A stretch of DNA of 64,000 nt from a candidate division WOR-3 bacterium. GTDB lineage: Bacteria > Hydrothermota > Tepidihabitantia > SM23-42. The stretch's first letter is position 1; each line of letters starts with the position of its first letter. Positions 27,172-37,145 of this stretch are shown piece after piece. The notes under the pieces were generated by a model. That model was not told the DNA's origin. It did not search any database and saw only the letters and a list, made by a program, of their open reading frames with translations. The stretch spans positions 39,061 to 103,060 of the forward strand of contig JALVOT010000004.1 in the NCBI GenBank assembly GCA_027026255.1, written 5' to 3'. Both the position numbers and the translations under genes were made by a program.

Positions 27172-27696
27172 TTAATCGGCAGTGATTTTTATCGCCGACT
27201 TGTATCCATCGACATTCACATAAAATATTTCAACCTTTGCGACGCGATTGTGCATCCATACAATAACCGAACCTTCCAGTCGTTTTCGCGTAAATCGGGG
27301 TCTGATACGTTCATAGGAAAATCGTCGGCGAGGCGTAATAAAAATTGCTGGTCGGCGTAATCTCCGGGGAATCCTTCGCCAGTTTAAAACTGCCTTACTG
27401 CGCGAAAGGGGATTTTTATGGCCGAAAACATTATCGTACCTCCCTTTCTCCCAGATTTTTTCCAGTTGATGATTAAGATATTTTGGGTTGTATCTCCGTT
27501 TCCATCTATGTTTAACATCAAAATTGGGCAGGTAATAAAAAAGGTCGGTCGAGAGATTATGCACCATCGCTTTTAGACTTGCTTCATCAGCCCTTTTTTT
27601 TGCACTTACAAGATTAACTGTTGCGATTGAACTTAATATTGATATTATTACAAGCACTACCAGCATTTCAACCATTGAAAATCCTTCAGTCTTCAT
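27172..27696 (-). CDS. Prepilin-type (type IV pilin/pseudopilin) protein with N-terminal cleavage/methylation motif
   Basis: 174 aa. KTEGFSMVEMLVVLVIISIL is the class III signal G|FS(M)xE followed by a hydrophobic helix. The C-terminal half is unusually Arg/Lys-rich. Its start overlaps the upstream gene by 4 nt. Confidence 0.65.
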   Translation of the reverse strand: MKTEGFSMVEMLVVLVIISILSSIATVNLVSAKKRADEASLKAMVHNLSTDLFYYLPNFDVKHRWKRRYNPKYLNHQLEKIWEKGRYDNVFGHKNPLSRSKAVLNWRRIPRRLRRPAIFITPRRRFSYERIRPRFTRKRLEGSVIVWMHNRVAKVEIFYVNVDGYKSAIKITAD

Positions 27697-28199
27697 TTTA
27701 TCACCTCCGCCAGGGAATCTTTTAACGATATTTTTAATTGTTTAAAACCATGTTTTTCAGGATTCGGACAGAAAATAATCGTATCATTACCACTAATTTC
27801 GATTTTATATGCCAATCCACTAACCGGACAAACAAATGTATCACCGGGTGATTCACCTTTTTTTAACAATTCTTTAATTTCCTCGAGATTCGCCATACAA
27901 AGCACCGCATCTTTATCCACAGTCGGTTCCTTAAATGTCTCTTCTTTAAAAATAAATAATCTTGAAAGAATAAATAAATTGTATGCAATAATACCAATAC
28001 ATACAGCAAGTATTAACCATTTAAAGATTGAAGGAAAACGGTGCTTCCTGGATTTTGCCGGGGTGACAGTGGCATCAGGCGCTTTTTCCATTTTTTCTTC
28101 TGCCATTTCTATCTGACACCTGGAACAGTAATCTCCGGAATGTTCTTCGTCAAATAACTGGCCACATCTGAGACATCTTTTTTTTGTATTTTCACTCAT
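27693..28199 (-). CDS. Zinc-ribbon single-pass membrane protein (hypothetical, operon partner of the ATPase)
   Basis: 168 aa. N-terminal CLRCG...CSRCQ zinc ribbon, one TM helix (FKWLILAVCIGIIAYNLFIL), and an extracytoplasmic domain with CPVSG...FCPNPEKHG. It overlaps the ATPase gene by 8 nt. Confidence 0.45.
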   Translation of the reverse strand: MSENTKKRCLRCGQLFDEEHSGDYCSRCQIEMAEEKMEKAPDATVTPAKSRKHRFPSIFKWLILAVCIGIIAYNLFILSRLFIFKEETFKEPTVDKDAVLCMANLEEIKELLKKGESPGDTFVCPVSGLAYKIEISGNDTIIFCPNPEKHGFKQLKISLKDSLAEVIK

Positions 28200-30759
28200 T
28201 ATTACCTCCCTTCCCGAGTAATCTGGATATCTTTAAAAGTAGTAATTGCTTTTTTATCGGCTTTTTGATATAGTCTACAGCGCCAAGTTCTAATCCCTTA
28301 ATCTCATCTTCTGCCTCGGTTCTTGCCGTTAAAAATACAACCGGAACATCTATACCTTTTTGCTTAATAATCTCTAAGAGTTTAAACCCATCAAGATTCG
28401 GCATATTGACATCCGATATAACCAGGTCGAATTTTTTACTGCCAATTTGCATAAGGGCATCAACTCCATCCTCAACATAGGTGATATCATAGTTATTCTT
28501 CTTTAATATCTGCTTCAACAATAGTCCAATCTCCGGGTCATCATCAACGATAAGGATTGAGGGAGCCGTTGTTTTTTCTTCTTTTGCAGCCTTTTTTGAT
28601 TCTTCTTTTTTTAATGAAACAGACTTCATATCTTCAGCCAGAACAGCCTTGTAAACATCTTCCGGACTGAATATCAGGTTTTGCACCTTCTCAACCGCAT
28701 GATTACTGATTAAATAGTGTCCTTTTTTTCGAATTAATTCTCTTATTTCCGCAATGGGTGTGCCCTGTCGAACCATTTCGGTAATTTCGTAGTCGAATTT
28801 CAAGATTTCATAAATTCCTTCACGTCCTTTATAACCGCTATTATTACAGCGTGGACAACCCACGGGTTTTGCAACCTTTGTAATTTCTTTATCAACAAAT
28901 GGCCGCAGTATCTTCAAATCATAGTCCGAAGGTTCGGTTATCTTTTTGCAGAAGGGACAGAGTTTTTTTACCAGACGTTGGGCGATGATACAAATAAGTG
29001 CTTCCGCCATTACCTCCCGCGTAATACCGAGTCTTTCAAGACGGAATATTGCGGTCGTTGTATTTGAAGTATGGAGAGTAGAAATTGTTAGGTGACCGGT
29101 GCTTGAAAAATTCATAGCCATTTTTGCCGAATATTGGTCCCTGATTTCACCGAGGAAAATTATATCCGGGTCCTGACGCACAACAGATTTTAACAACGCC
29201 TCAAATGTTACTCCCGCCTTTTCATTTACCTGTTGTTGATTGGCAAACGGGATGCGGTATTCTACAGGGTCTTCAATTGAAACAAGACTGCGTGATCTGC
29301 AATCAACCTGGGAAAGAAGACTGTAAATCGTAGTAGTTTTACCGGAACCGGTTGGTCCGACGATAAGAATTAAGCCATGGCTGCGGTTAATAATATCAAG
29401 TAAGATTTCCACCTGTTCGGATGTCATCCCGAGTTCTCCAAGAGATTTTGGCTTTGCATGGGGTTCCAACAATCTGATAATAAGACTCTCCCCTTCCGGA
29501 GTGGATGTCGTCGCAAGTCGCAGTTTGAATATCCTTTTGTTAATAACCGCCTCCAATGTGCCGTCTTGAGGTCGTCTCTTTTCTGTAATATCCATATCGG
29601 CTAAAACCTTTAATCTATTTATCAACATCAAACCTGTTCTCTTTTTTAAAGTAAACATTTCGTGCATATCACCATCGACACGGAATCGCACAACCGTTTC
29701 ATTTTTTTTGGGCTCGATGTGAATATCACTTGCCCTTTCGGAAACAGCGGTAATCAAAATATTATTGGCGATATGCATTACTGGATATTTCGTGATGTCA
29801 GCCGTACTTAAGTCAGTTTTAATTGTTTTTGTCGCTTCAATACCGCTTGTTTTATCCGGGTCGCTACGGACGGCCACTTCTGCAATCTCCTCCGCGGTTT
29901 CATCAGACATACCTGACCTGAGAAAAGCATCAATAACCTCAGGACTTGTGATTTTTAAACAGGGTCTGTTTTCAGCACTGCTCCCTAATCTGGTTAAAAG
30001 ATCCACCAATTCAACATCGAAAGGATTACAAATAATATAACAGATTTTGTCTTTCTCATCTATCACCGGAAGAACATAATTCGCCCGGCAGAAGGCAGGA
30101 GGCAAAACATCCAATTCTATTAAATTATGGTCTATATAACTTATAAAGGGAAGATGCGTGAAATCAGCAAGATATTGAGCTAATTGTTTAGTCGTAATAT
30201 CAATTTTCTTACAGATGGAATAAATATTATGGATTGAAGCCTTTCCCACCAGATACTGCTGATTATCATCAAGCTTCAACTGATTAATAAGAAATTTCTT
30301 AAATTTAACAAAATCCGGAATTTCTGATTTAATCTCCCTGCTCGGCTTGCGCTCTTCTATTTTCTGCCACCGGCTTTTTGTTTTTATATAGGAATCAATT
30401 TTTTTAATCAGCTCTTCCCGATTTATTGGTTTAATCAGATAATCGACACCCCCGGAAGAAAAAATCCTTTCCCTGTTCTGTTCCTGGTCAAATGCCGTTA
30501 TAAAAATTACCGGGATGTAAGCGAAATGCTGGTCTGCCTGTAATTTTCTACATACCTCATAACCATTCATACCGGGCATTGATACATCGAGGAGTATTAA
30601 ATCCGGTTTACTGTTTTTTAGAATTGTGAATGTTTCCAGACCATCTGCAGCAGAAATTACATCATAACCATTTTTCCTTAAAATATGTTCAATTAAATTT
30701 CGCGTATCCGGGTCATCATCAACAACCATTATTAGAGGCGGTGAATTATTCATATACAA
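28192..30759 (-). CDS. GspE/PilB-family type II secretion / type IV pilus ATPase flanked by N-terminal and C-terminal response-regulator receiver domains (REC-GspE_N-ATPase-REC)
   Basis: 855 aa. N-terminal REC is VVDDDPD...LILLDVSMPGMNG...VIFITA...YLIKP, with all conserved Asp/Thr/Lys positions present. The middle has a GSPII_E N-terminal-like domain and the ATPase core: Walker A GPTGSGKTTT, Asp/His boxes, and the tetracysteine CPFCK...CPRC. C-terminal REC is ILIVDDDPE...DLVISDVNMPNLDG...VVFLTA...YIKKP. Confidence 0.8.
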   Translation of the reverse strand: MYMNNSPPLIMVVDDDPDTRNLIEHILRKNGYDVISAADGLETFTILKNSKPDLILLDVSMPGMNGYEVCRKLQADQHFAYIPVIFITAFDQEQNRERIFSSGGVDYLIKPINREELIKKIDSYIKTKSRWQKIEERKPSREIKSEIPDFVKFKKFLINQLKLDDNQQYLVGKASIHNIYSICKKIDITTKQLAQYLADFTHLPFISYIDHNLIELDVLPPAFCRANYVLPVIDEKDKICYIICNPFDVELVDLLTRLGSSAENRPCLKITSPEVIDAFLRSGMSDETAEEIAEVAVRSDPDKTSGIEATKTIKTDLSTADITKYPVMHIANNILITAVSERASDIHIEPKKNETVVRFRVDGDMHEMFTLKKRTGLMLINRLKVLADMDITEKRRPQDGTLEAVINKRIFKLRLATTSTPEGESLIIRLLEPHAKPKSLGELGMTSEQVEILLDIINRSHGLILIVGPTGSGKTTTIYSLLSQVDCRSRSLVSIEDPVEYRIPFANQQQVNEKAGVTFEALLKSVVRQDPDIIFLGEIRDQYSAKMAMNFSSTGHLTISTLHTSNTTTAIFRLERLGITREVMAEALICIIAQRLVKKLCPFCKKITEPSDYDLKILRPFVDKEITKVAKPVGCPRCNNSGYKGREGIYEILKFDYEITEMVRQGTPIAEIRELIRKKGHYLISNHAVEKVQNLIFSPEDVYKAVLAEDMKSVSLKKEESKKAAKEEKTTAPSILIVDDDPEIGLLLKQILKKNNYDITYVEDGVDALMQIGSKKFDLVISDVNMPNLDGFKLLEIIKQKGIDVPVVFLTARTEAEDEIKGLELGAVDYIKKPIKKQLLLLKISRLLGKGGNNE

Positions 30760-31063
30760 TCTGCAGCCTATCCAAATAATTTTTCAGTTCTTCAAGCATA
30801 CTTATAATCTGCTCAGCATTTCTATCTTTGGCAGCAAGTTCAATGGTTTTTCCTATTTCAGTGATTTTTTCAAATCCGTATCCCCCTCCAGAACCTTTCA
30901 TACCATGTCCGAGTCGTTCAATTATAACATATTCACCATTTTGAAGCGCCGAACGTATAGTCTCTATATCTGTATATCTCTTTTCAATATAACCAGGAAT
31001 TAATTCTTTCAGGTCGGCATCGATGTGAACAACAATTTTTTCTTCATCTGCCATTCTTATCAC
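30746..31063 (-). CDS. Stand-alone histidine phosphotransfer (Hpt) domain protein
   Basis: 105 aa. LGHGMKGSGGGYGF matches the HxxKG...G phosphohistidine helix signature of Hpt domains. It overlaps the kinase gene upstream by 20 nt and the ATPase gene downstream by 14 nt. Confidence 0.7.
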   Translation of the reverse strand: MIRMADEEKIVVHIDADLKELIPGYIEKRYTDIETIRSALQNGEYVIIERLGHGMKGSGGGYGFEKITEIGKTIELAAKDRNAEQIISMLEELKNYLDRLQIVYE

Positions 31064-33536
31064 CTCCTATAAATTTTGCTATCTCATTCAATAAAACTTT
31101 TTTCTTGATTGGCTTGGTAAGATGGGCGTCACATCCTGCTTTAATGCTTTTTTCCATCTCTTCTTTCAATGCATAGGCAGAAAGGGCAATAATCGGTGTA
31201 TGCCCTGTTCCATTCTCTTTTTCAAATTTACGTATTTCTTTTGTTGCAGTATATCCATCCATTACCGGCATCTGCACATCCATAAGCACCAAATCGTATG
31301 ATTTCTGCTTAAACTTTTCTACTGCTATAGCACCGTTTTCTGCAAAATCAAGATTAATAGGCATTCCTTTCAGGTATGCCTTAATCAAAAAACGATTGTC
31401 TTCAGTATCTTCAACCACAAGTAAATTTGATGATTTTTTAATCCGGGGAGCGGAAGCAGATGTCGACGGCTGCATTGTTTTAAATACCACAACCTTACCC
31501 AGGGCAAGTTCAATTGCTCTTTTTAAATCGTTCTTTTTAATAGGTTTAACTAAATAACTCGCAATATTCATTTCCTGACAGCGCTGAATATCACCCTTTC
31601 TCCGATCTGAAGTGAGCATCATTATCGTCGTAGTCTTTAACTCAGGATATTTTTTTATTTCACGCGCAACATCAAATCCACCCATTCCAGGCATCCGGCA
31701 ATCAAGAATAACAAAATCATAATTCTCCGATTTTTTACTGGCACGCAATAAAGAGGCAATCGCCTTTTCACCACTTTCAGCTTCACTTACAGAGACGCCC
31801 CAATTCGATAAAATATCTTTCAGTATAAGTCGATTTGTTGCATTATCATCAACCACCAGAGCCTTCATACCTTTAAGATTAACCTCTGACAGCACCTCAG
31901 GCTCTTTTACCTTCGGCGCAATCTGAAATTGAGCCGTGAAATAGAATGTACTCCCTTTGTTCACCTCACTTTCAACCCAGATTCTGCCTTCCATTAATTC
32001 AACAAGTTGCTTTGAGATTGCCAGGCCGAGTCCGGTGCCGCCATATTTTCTTGTGTGAGAAGAATCTGCCTGGGTAAAACTTTCAAATATCTTATCCTTT
32101 GTATCGTTGGGAATACCAATTCCGGTATCTCTGACGGCAAACTTAATAATTACAGTATTCCCCTCTGTCATCTCTTTTTTTACCTCTACAACAACCTCTC
32201 CCTGTTCGGTAAATTTAATTGCGTTTCCCACTAAATTTACCAGAATCTGTCGGAGTCTAACCGGGTCTCCAATTAAATGTGTCGGGACATCCGGGGTGAT
32301 ATGGCATGCCAGCTCCAGATTTTTCTTATGGGCGCGTATCGCCATTATCTCACAGGTGCGGTCCAGAAGGTCATTCAAATCAAATTCAATCTTTTCGAGT
32401 TCTATCTGTCCGGCTTCAATCTTCGATATATCAAGAATGTCGTTAATAATATTCAAAAGATTTTCGCCGGCATTCTTAAATATCTGCACATAGTATCGCT
32501 GTTCATCATTGAGTGGAGTCTCGGCGAGCAATTCAGCCATACCAACAATTGCATTCATCGGTGTTCTTATTTCATGACTCATACTGGCAAGAAATTCTGA
32601 TTTTGATTTTGAAGCAAGAAGGGCTTGTTGACGCGCCTTTATCAACTCATCTTCCATCTTTTTTCTTTCCGTAATATCGTGGAATATCGCCCGGGTAGTA
32701 TAAAATTTGCCGTCTTTGAATCGTGCATTTACATTCCCCTCCACAAAAATCTGCTTGCCATTCTTGCTTACAAATATAGTTTCCACATTGTCCATTCTTT
32801 CTCCCTGCAAAACGCGCTGGAAGACCTGTCGACAATGTTTACGATGTTTAGGATGTATAATATCAAAGATACATATTTCTTTAGCCTCTTCCCTTGTATA
32901 TCCCAGCACTTCTGACCATCTTTTGTTCACATAAATAAACTTACCCTCGGCATCAACTATCTGTATTAAATCGGTCGCATTTTCGAATAAATCGCGATAC
33001 CTTTCTTCACTTTCAACGAGTGATTCTTGAATCTCTTTTCTCCGGGAAATTTCCTGCTCAAGTTCTTTCCTGGTCAATTGCAATTCTTGATTTCTCTTTT
33101 TAAAGATTTCCGTAATGCGGGCCGCATCCTGAAGTGAAATTTTTGCCTCTTCCTCAGACATCAAAAAATCAGCCAGTTTATCAGTCATCGTCACCTCGGG
33201 GAATGCCAGTAACAGAAATCCCGATTCTATTTTCAGCCATCGGCCGCGCAAAAGAATTTTTTTATCATTGACCTTAAAGACTACATTACAGGTAGTATTG
33301 ATTAACTCCGGCAATTTGTGAAAAGGCAGTTCCTTTTTCTCGATATATATTTTGAGAACTTCCTTAATATTTTTTCCGGGGATATACTTATGGTATCTGA
33401 GAAAAGAGTTGCTTGCCCACACCACAGAAAATTGTCGGTCAACCTCCAGGATAAAAGGGACAAGAAAAGAAAGCGATGAAAGTTCGATTTCAACTTTTCT
33501 GTCTTGCTTCATAAAAATTTTCCCTCCATTATGCAA
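31044..33536 (-). CDS. Soluble hybrid sensor histidine kinase (N-terminal domain of unknown function, coiled coil, PAS, HisKA, HATPase_c, REC, REC)
   Basis: 830 aa. PAS ([30 protein letters not shown]), H-box [11 protein letters not shown], and G-boxes DTGIGIP / [11 protein letters not shown]. Two receivers follow: [11 protein letters not shown]...[11 protein letters not shown]...LTS...YLVKP and [11 protein letters not shown]...[11 protein letters not shown]...LSA...HLTKP. No TM segment is evident. Confidence 0.85.
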   Translation of the reverse strand: MHNGGKIFMKQDRKVEIELSSLSFLVPFILEVDRQFSVVWASNSFLRYHKYIPGKNIKEVLKIYIEKKELPFHKLPELINTTCNVVFKVNDKKILLRGRWLKIESGFLLLAFPEVTMTDKLADFLMSEEEAKISLQDAARITEIFKKRNQELQLTRKELEQEISRRKEIQESLVESEERYRDLFENATDLIQIVDAEGKFIYVNKRWSEVLGYTREEAKEICIFDIIHPKHRKHCRQVFQRVLQGERMDNVETIFVSKNGKQIFVEGNVNARFKDGKFYTTRAIFHDITERKKMEDELIKARQQALLASKSKSEFLASMSHEIRTPMNAIVGMAELLAETPLNDEQRYYVQIFKNAGENLLNIINDILDISKIEAGQIELEKIEFDLNDLLDRTCEIMAIRAHKKNLELACHITPDVPTHLIGDPVRLRQILVNLVGNAIKFTEQGEVVVEVKKEMTEGNTVIIKFAVRDTGIGIPNDTKDKIFESFTQADSSHTRKYGGTGLGLAISKQLVELMEGRIWVESEVNKGSTFYFTAQFQIAPKVKEPEVLSEVNLKGMKALVVDDNATNRLILKDILSNWGVSVSEAESGEKAIASLLRASKKSENYDFVILDCRMPGMGGFDVAREIKKYPELKTTTIMMLTSDRRKGDIQRCQEMNIASYLVKPIKKNDLKRAIELALGKVVVFKTMQPSTSASAPRIKKSSNLLVVEDTEDNRFLIKAYLKGMPINLDFAENGAIAVEKFKQKSYDLVLMDVQMPVMDGYTATKEIRKFEKENGTGHTPIIALSAYALKEEMEKSIKAGCDAHLTKPIKKKVLLNEIAKFIGGDKNGR

Positions 33537-33832
33537 TCCGGGTCATTTTTACTTATAGCGGTTTTTCCGACCGATTCAAAATGTGTCCTGTAATATTTCC
33601 TTAAAGTGTTGTAGTTCATAAACTTACCATATTTAATCATTACTCTGTCTATCGGTTTTTTTGTCACCTTGACGACGGCATTAATTAAATCTACCCCTAT
33701 CTTATCCGAACAATCAAGGCCTCTTGCAAAGAAACCTTCTTTGCAACCACCCGGTTCACAAATCGCTTCACCAGATTCTATCTTTATCATCTCTTCAATA
33801 CCCTCATCAATGTTCCCTTTCATAATATTCAC
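33509..33832 (-). CDS. Hypothetical small Cys-containing protein, first gene of the phosphorelay operon
   Basis: 107 aa. Contains CEPGGCKEGFFARGLDCSDK. Its 3' end overlaps the kinase start by 28 nt. No recognisable motif. Confidence 0.35.
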   Translation of the reverse strand: MNIMKGNIDEGIEEMIKIESGEAICEPGGCKEGFFARGLDCSDKIGVDLINAVVKVTKKPIDRVMIKYGKFMNYNTLRKYYRTHFESVGKTAISKNDPDCIMEGKFL

Positions 33833-33938
33833 CTTCTTTTTTCAACTATTTTTATTCCCTGGTTCAATTAAATAACATTTTTTAAAATATTATAGCAAAT
33901 TATAATAAAAATTTTGCTTTTGTCAAGGTAAGTCTTTC

Positions 33939-34247
33939 CTGATTCCTCTCCACTTTTTGTCTCGGTTTTTTGTAAACTATGTTACAATATAGCCGGGGGG
34001 CGTCTCGCTCCGAGGCGGGGACGCCGCCCGCGCTGAGAAAAATGGAAACACCGCCCGCCCTAAAAAAAATTGAACCGGGCGAAAATAGCAGAGAAATTTT
34101 TCAAATGACCAGTAAAATAATATAAAAAAGTAAAACGAAGTTGTTGAGTATTTTTCGTCTTATTTTACTAATCTCAAAGAAGTTTATTCTGTTCAGAATA
34201 CCGTTGCAATTAATCCGGGAGGCATAATGAAAAAAGTGGAGAGGAGT
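33939..34247. mobile_element. MITE-like element, family A, copy 2 (309 bp)
   Basis: Intact left terminal inverted repeat CTGATTCCTCTCCACTTTTT at 33939-33958. Right end AAAAAGTGGAGAGGA at 34231-34245. It shares about 90% identity with copy 1 but carries an internal deletion of about 65 bp (the GGAA-capped hairpin region) and only 2 tandem-repeat units. Confidence 0.55.
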
Positions 34248-34455
34248 CAAAAGTCTTTCTTCAAAAAACATCCTGCACAGGCAGTTTCTGAATTCCCTGT
34301 GTTTTATCCCGGAGAAAAATCTCAAATATGTATTATTATCTCATTCTATACACCTGTAATGAATTTCTGATTGTGCTGTATCGGGATTTAATCATATTTT
34401 GTGGAAATAAAAAAGGGACGGGCATAACCCGTCCCTTTAATTATTCTAATCAGTG

Positions 34456-35232
34456 TTATTTTGTTACCAGCCAGCGCAGACCGGCAATTCTTTGATAGGC
34501 GACTGTAATACTTACCGTAGAACCGTTGATGCTTTCGATCTTTAATTTACCAAAATGGTCATTATCTTTATCCCAGCCATCATGGTCCTGGTCCATAAAC
34601 AGGTAGTATACCGCATTTGATGCAAGGGTGGTAACCGTGCTATAATTACCCGGAGCATCAGCAATAGCGACGCTATCAAAATCGGTAACTTTAGCATCCA
34701 ACCCCATATTCTTTTCATCATTGTAGACCGGACTATATGCATTTGGGGAGGCTAATGTCATTGTCTGATAATTTTTGTCGTCAAAGACATAGTCGATATC
34801 AGGATTTGCGTCTTTTGCTGAAATCCCATAGGCTGTGCCACTTGAGTTGAACGCCAGACCACTGGGATGGGTGGTATCTGGATCATTTAGTCCGTACACG
34901 GTGAGATTTTTTGTAGTAACCGGTGTGCAATCAATTGGTTCGGTTGAACTTTCATTATCACCGGCATAGGCAGAAACTCCATAGGTTGCTGCCGGCTGGG
35001 TTGCGTCATAGGTGGTTACTGACGGGTCATCGATTGTATCAATAACAACTCCATCAGCATAGATATAATAACCATCGGCATCAGAAATCTCTATCCAGCT
35101 TATTCTTAAAGTTGCACCATTATCAGTTACAGTATAGGTCACTGATGGGGTTTCAAGTGTTACTTCCCCTTCACAACCCACCAGGATTAAAAGGGCTGCT
35201 ATGGAAACTGTTAAGGTTAATAGTCTCTTCAT
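34456..35232 (-). CDS. Hypothetical lipoprotein
   Basis: 258 aa. Lipoprotein signal MKRLLTLTVSIAALLILVGC. Thr/Asp-rich, probably beta-rich, extracytoplasmic. Confidence 0.5.
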   Translation of the reverse strand: MKRLLTLTVSIAALLILVGCEGEVTLETPSVTYTVTDNGATLRISWIEISDADGYYIYADGVVIDTIDDPSVTTYDATQPAATYGVSAYAGDNESSTEPIDCTPVTTKNLTVYGLNDPDTTHPSGLAFNSSGTAYGISAKDANPDIDYVFDDKNYQTMTLASPNAYSPVYNDEKNMGLDAKVTDFDSVAIADAPGNYSTVTTLASNAVYYLFMDQDHDGWDKDNDHFGKLKIESINGSTVSITVAYQRIAGLRWLVTK

Positions 35233-35249
35233 AATTTCCTCCTTAAGGT

Positions 35250-35528
35250 TTATCCTTTTTCAGGTGGTTTTATGGTGCGTCTGCCCTTTGCAGGTGCCGG
35301 CGCCCTGGTTCCACCGCGTTTATGAAATTTCCCAATATGGGCATTGTATAGTGTGGTCAGTGAATCAAGTGCAGTCTGAATATTATCCACCTTTGATTGG
35401 AGCGTCTGAATCTGCGTCTTTAAAGAATCCAGCTGCGTCTGAGTTACACCACCCGCTTGTTCTGGTGGCTGACAGCCGACTATCGTCAACGCAAAGACGA
35501 TAATCAGGAATGTAGCTATCTTCTTCAT
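35250..35528 (-). CDS. Small coiled-coil lipoprotein (Lpp-like)
   Basis: 92 aa. Lipobox TIVGC, heptad-like LDSLKTQIQTLQSKVDNIQTALDSL, and a basic C-terminal tail. Confidence 0.5.
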   Translation of the reverse strand: MKKIATFLIIVFALTIVGCQPPEQAGGVTQTQLDSLKTQIQTLQSKVDNIQTALDSLTTLYNAHIGKFHKRGGTRAPAPAKGRRTIKPPEKG

Positions 35529-35554
35529 ATTTCCTCCTTTTTAAGAAAACCTTA

Positions 35555-35628
<74 letters not shown>

Positions 35629-35669
35629 CACTTAATTTTAATTATGCAATTATACCTATTCATAGTCAT

Positions 35670-37124
35670 TTGTCAACCCTGTATTTCAGTTCCAGGGATG
35701 GAATTCGCATTATTGACATTCAAAAAGAATTCTGTATAATTATGACGATGGAGGAAAAAACCCTGAAAAAGGGGGTAAAATCTGAATCCTTCCTGACGCC
35801 TGAGCAGATAGTTGCCCATCTTGATCGCTATATCATCGGACAGACTGAGGCAAAAAAGGCAGTGGCAATTGCATTACGGAACCGCTGGCGCAGGCAGCAG
35901 GTTAAGGGAAGGATAAAAGAAGAAATTTACCCCAACAATATCATTCTTATTGGTCCCACTGGAGTTGGAAAGACCGAGATCGCCCGACGTCTGGCAAGGA
36001 TTGCCCATGCCCCATTTATTAAGGTTGAAGCCTCGCGTTTTACTGAAGTCGGATATGTGGGCAGGGATGTTGAATCGATGGTGCGCGACCTTGTCGAGAT
36101 ATCAGTCAATATGGTGCGTCAGGAAAAAACCCTGCTCGTAGCAGAAAAGGCAAAACAGTATGCCGAAGAGCGAATCCTGGATATACTGCTTCCGCCAGCA
36201 CCCCAATCAATCGGGGGGTCTAAAATAACGGAGACCACAGAGACCAATAAAACAACCAAAGAGAAAATGCGTAATTTACTCCATCAGGGCAAACTCGACA
36301 ATCGCATTGTGGAATTAGAGGTCGCCCGCCAATCTATGCCCTTCATCGAAATATTCAGCCAGACCGGGATTGAAGAGTTAAGCGTTGCCTTAGAAGAGGC
36401 ATTTGGGGGAAGATTTCCCAAACGAAAAAAGAAACGGAAGATGCCGGTTAAAGAGGCATTAAGGTATCTGCAGAATGAAGAGGCGGAAAAACTGATTGAT
36501 ATGGATGAGGTGATAAATGAGGCGCGTAAACGTGCCGCATTATCCGGCATAATATTTATTGATGAAATTGACAAAATTGCCGGCACCGGAGCAACGAGTG
36601 GACCTGATGTCTCAAGGGAAGGTGTCCAGAGGGACCTTTTACCCATTGTTGAAGGGTCAAATGTTATGACCAAATACGGTATGATAAAAACAAATCATAT
36701 TCTTTTTATTGCCGCCGGTGCCTTTCATAACAAAAAACCCTCGGATTTAATCCCGGAATTACAGGGCCGATTTCCCATTCGGGTTGAGCTCTTTTCTTTA
36801 AGTAAAGAAGATTTTAAAAGAATCCTGGTTGAGCCGGAAAACTCATTAATAAAACAGTATATCGCACTACTGGAAACCGAGGGCGTAAAACTTGAATTTA
36901 CCAGGGATGCGATTACCAAGATTGCTGAGATTGCAGCCCGGGTGAATGAATCAACCGAGAATATCGGAGCACGTCGACTCCATACAGTAATGACGAAACT
37001 CTTAGAAGAACTTCTATATAGTGCACCCAGTATTACCAGAAAAATCAAGATTACAAGTCGGTATGTAAATCAAAAATTGGCTGATATCGTTAAAGATGTT
37101 GATGTTTCCCGTTATATCCTGTAA
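35670..37124 (+). CDS. hslU: ATP-dependent protease ATPase subunit HslU
   Basis: 484 aa. [34 protein letters not shown], Walker [16 protein letters not shown], and [11 protein letters not shown]. The real start is probably the internal Met at about 35742. No hslV is adjacent. Confidence 0.85.
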   Translation: MSTLYFSSRDGIRIIDIQKEFCIIMTMEEKTLKKGVKSESFLTPEQIVAHLDRYIIGQTEAKKAVAIALRNRWRRQQVKGRIKEEIYPNNIILIGPTGVGKTEIARRLARIAHAPFIKVEASRFTEVGYVGRDVESMVRDLVEISVNMVRQEKTLLVAEKAKQYAEERILDILLPPAPQSIGGSKITETTETNKTTKEKMRNLLHQGKLDNRIVELEVARQSMPFIEIFSQTGIEELSVALEEAFGGRFPKRKKKRKMPVKEALRYLQNEEAEKLIDMDEVINEARKRAALSGIIFIDEIDKIAGTGATSGPDVSREGVQRDLLPIVEGSNVMTKYGMIKTNHILFIAAGAFHNKKPSDLIPELQGRFPIRVELFSLSKEDFKRILVEPENSLIKQYIALLETEGVKLEFTRDAITKIAEIAARVNESTENIGARRLHTVMTKLLEELLYSAPSITRKIKITSRYVNQKLADIVKDVDVSRYIL

Positions 37125-37145
37125 AACATTTTTTGATGATAACCT

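Noticed and set aside
31044-33536. Other overlapping ORFs inside the hybrid kinase gene (32107..32493, 32277..32600, 32625..32915 and others)
   Set aside because: These are shadow ORFs within a well-supported long CDS.
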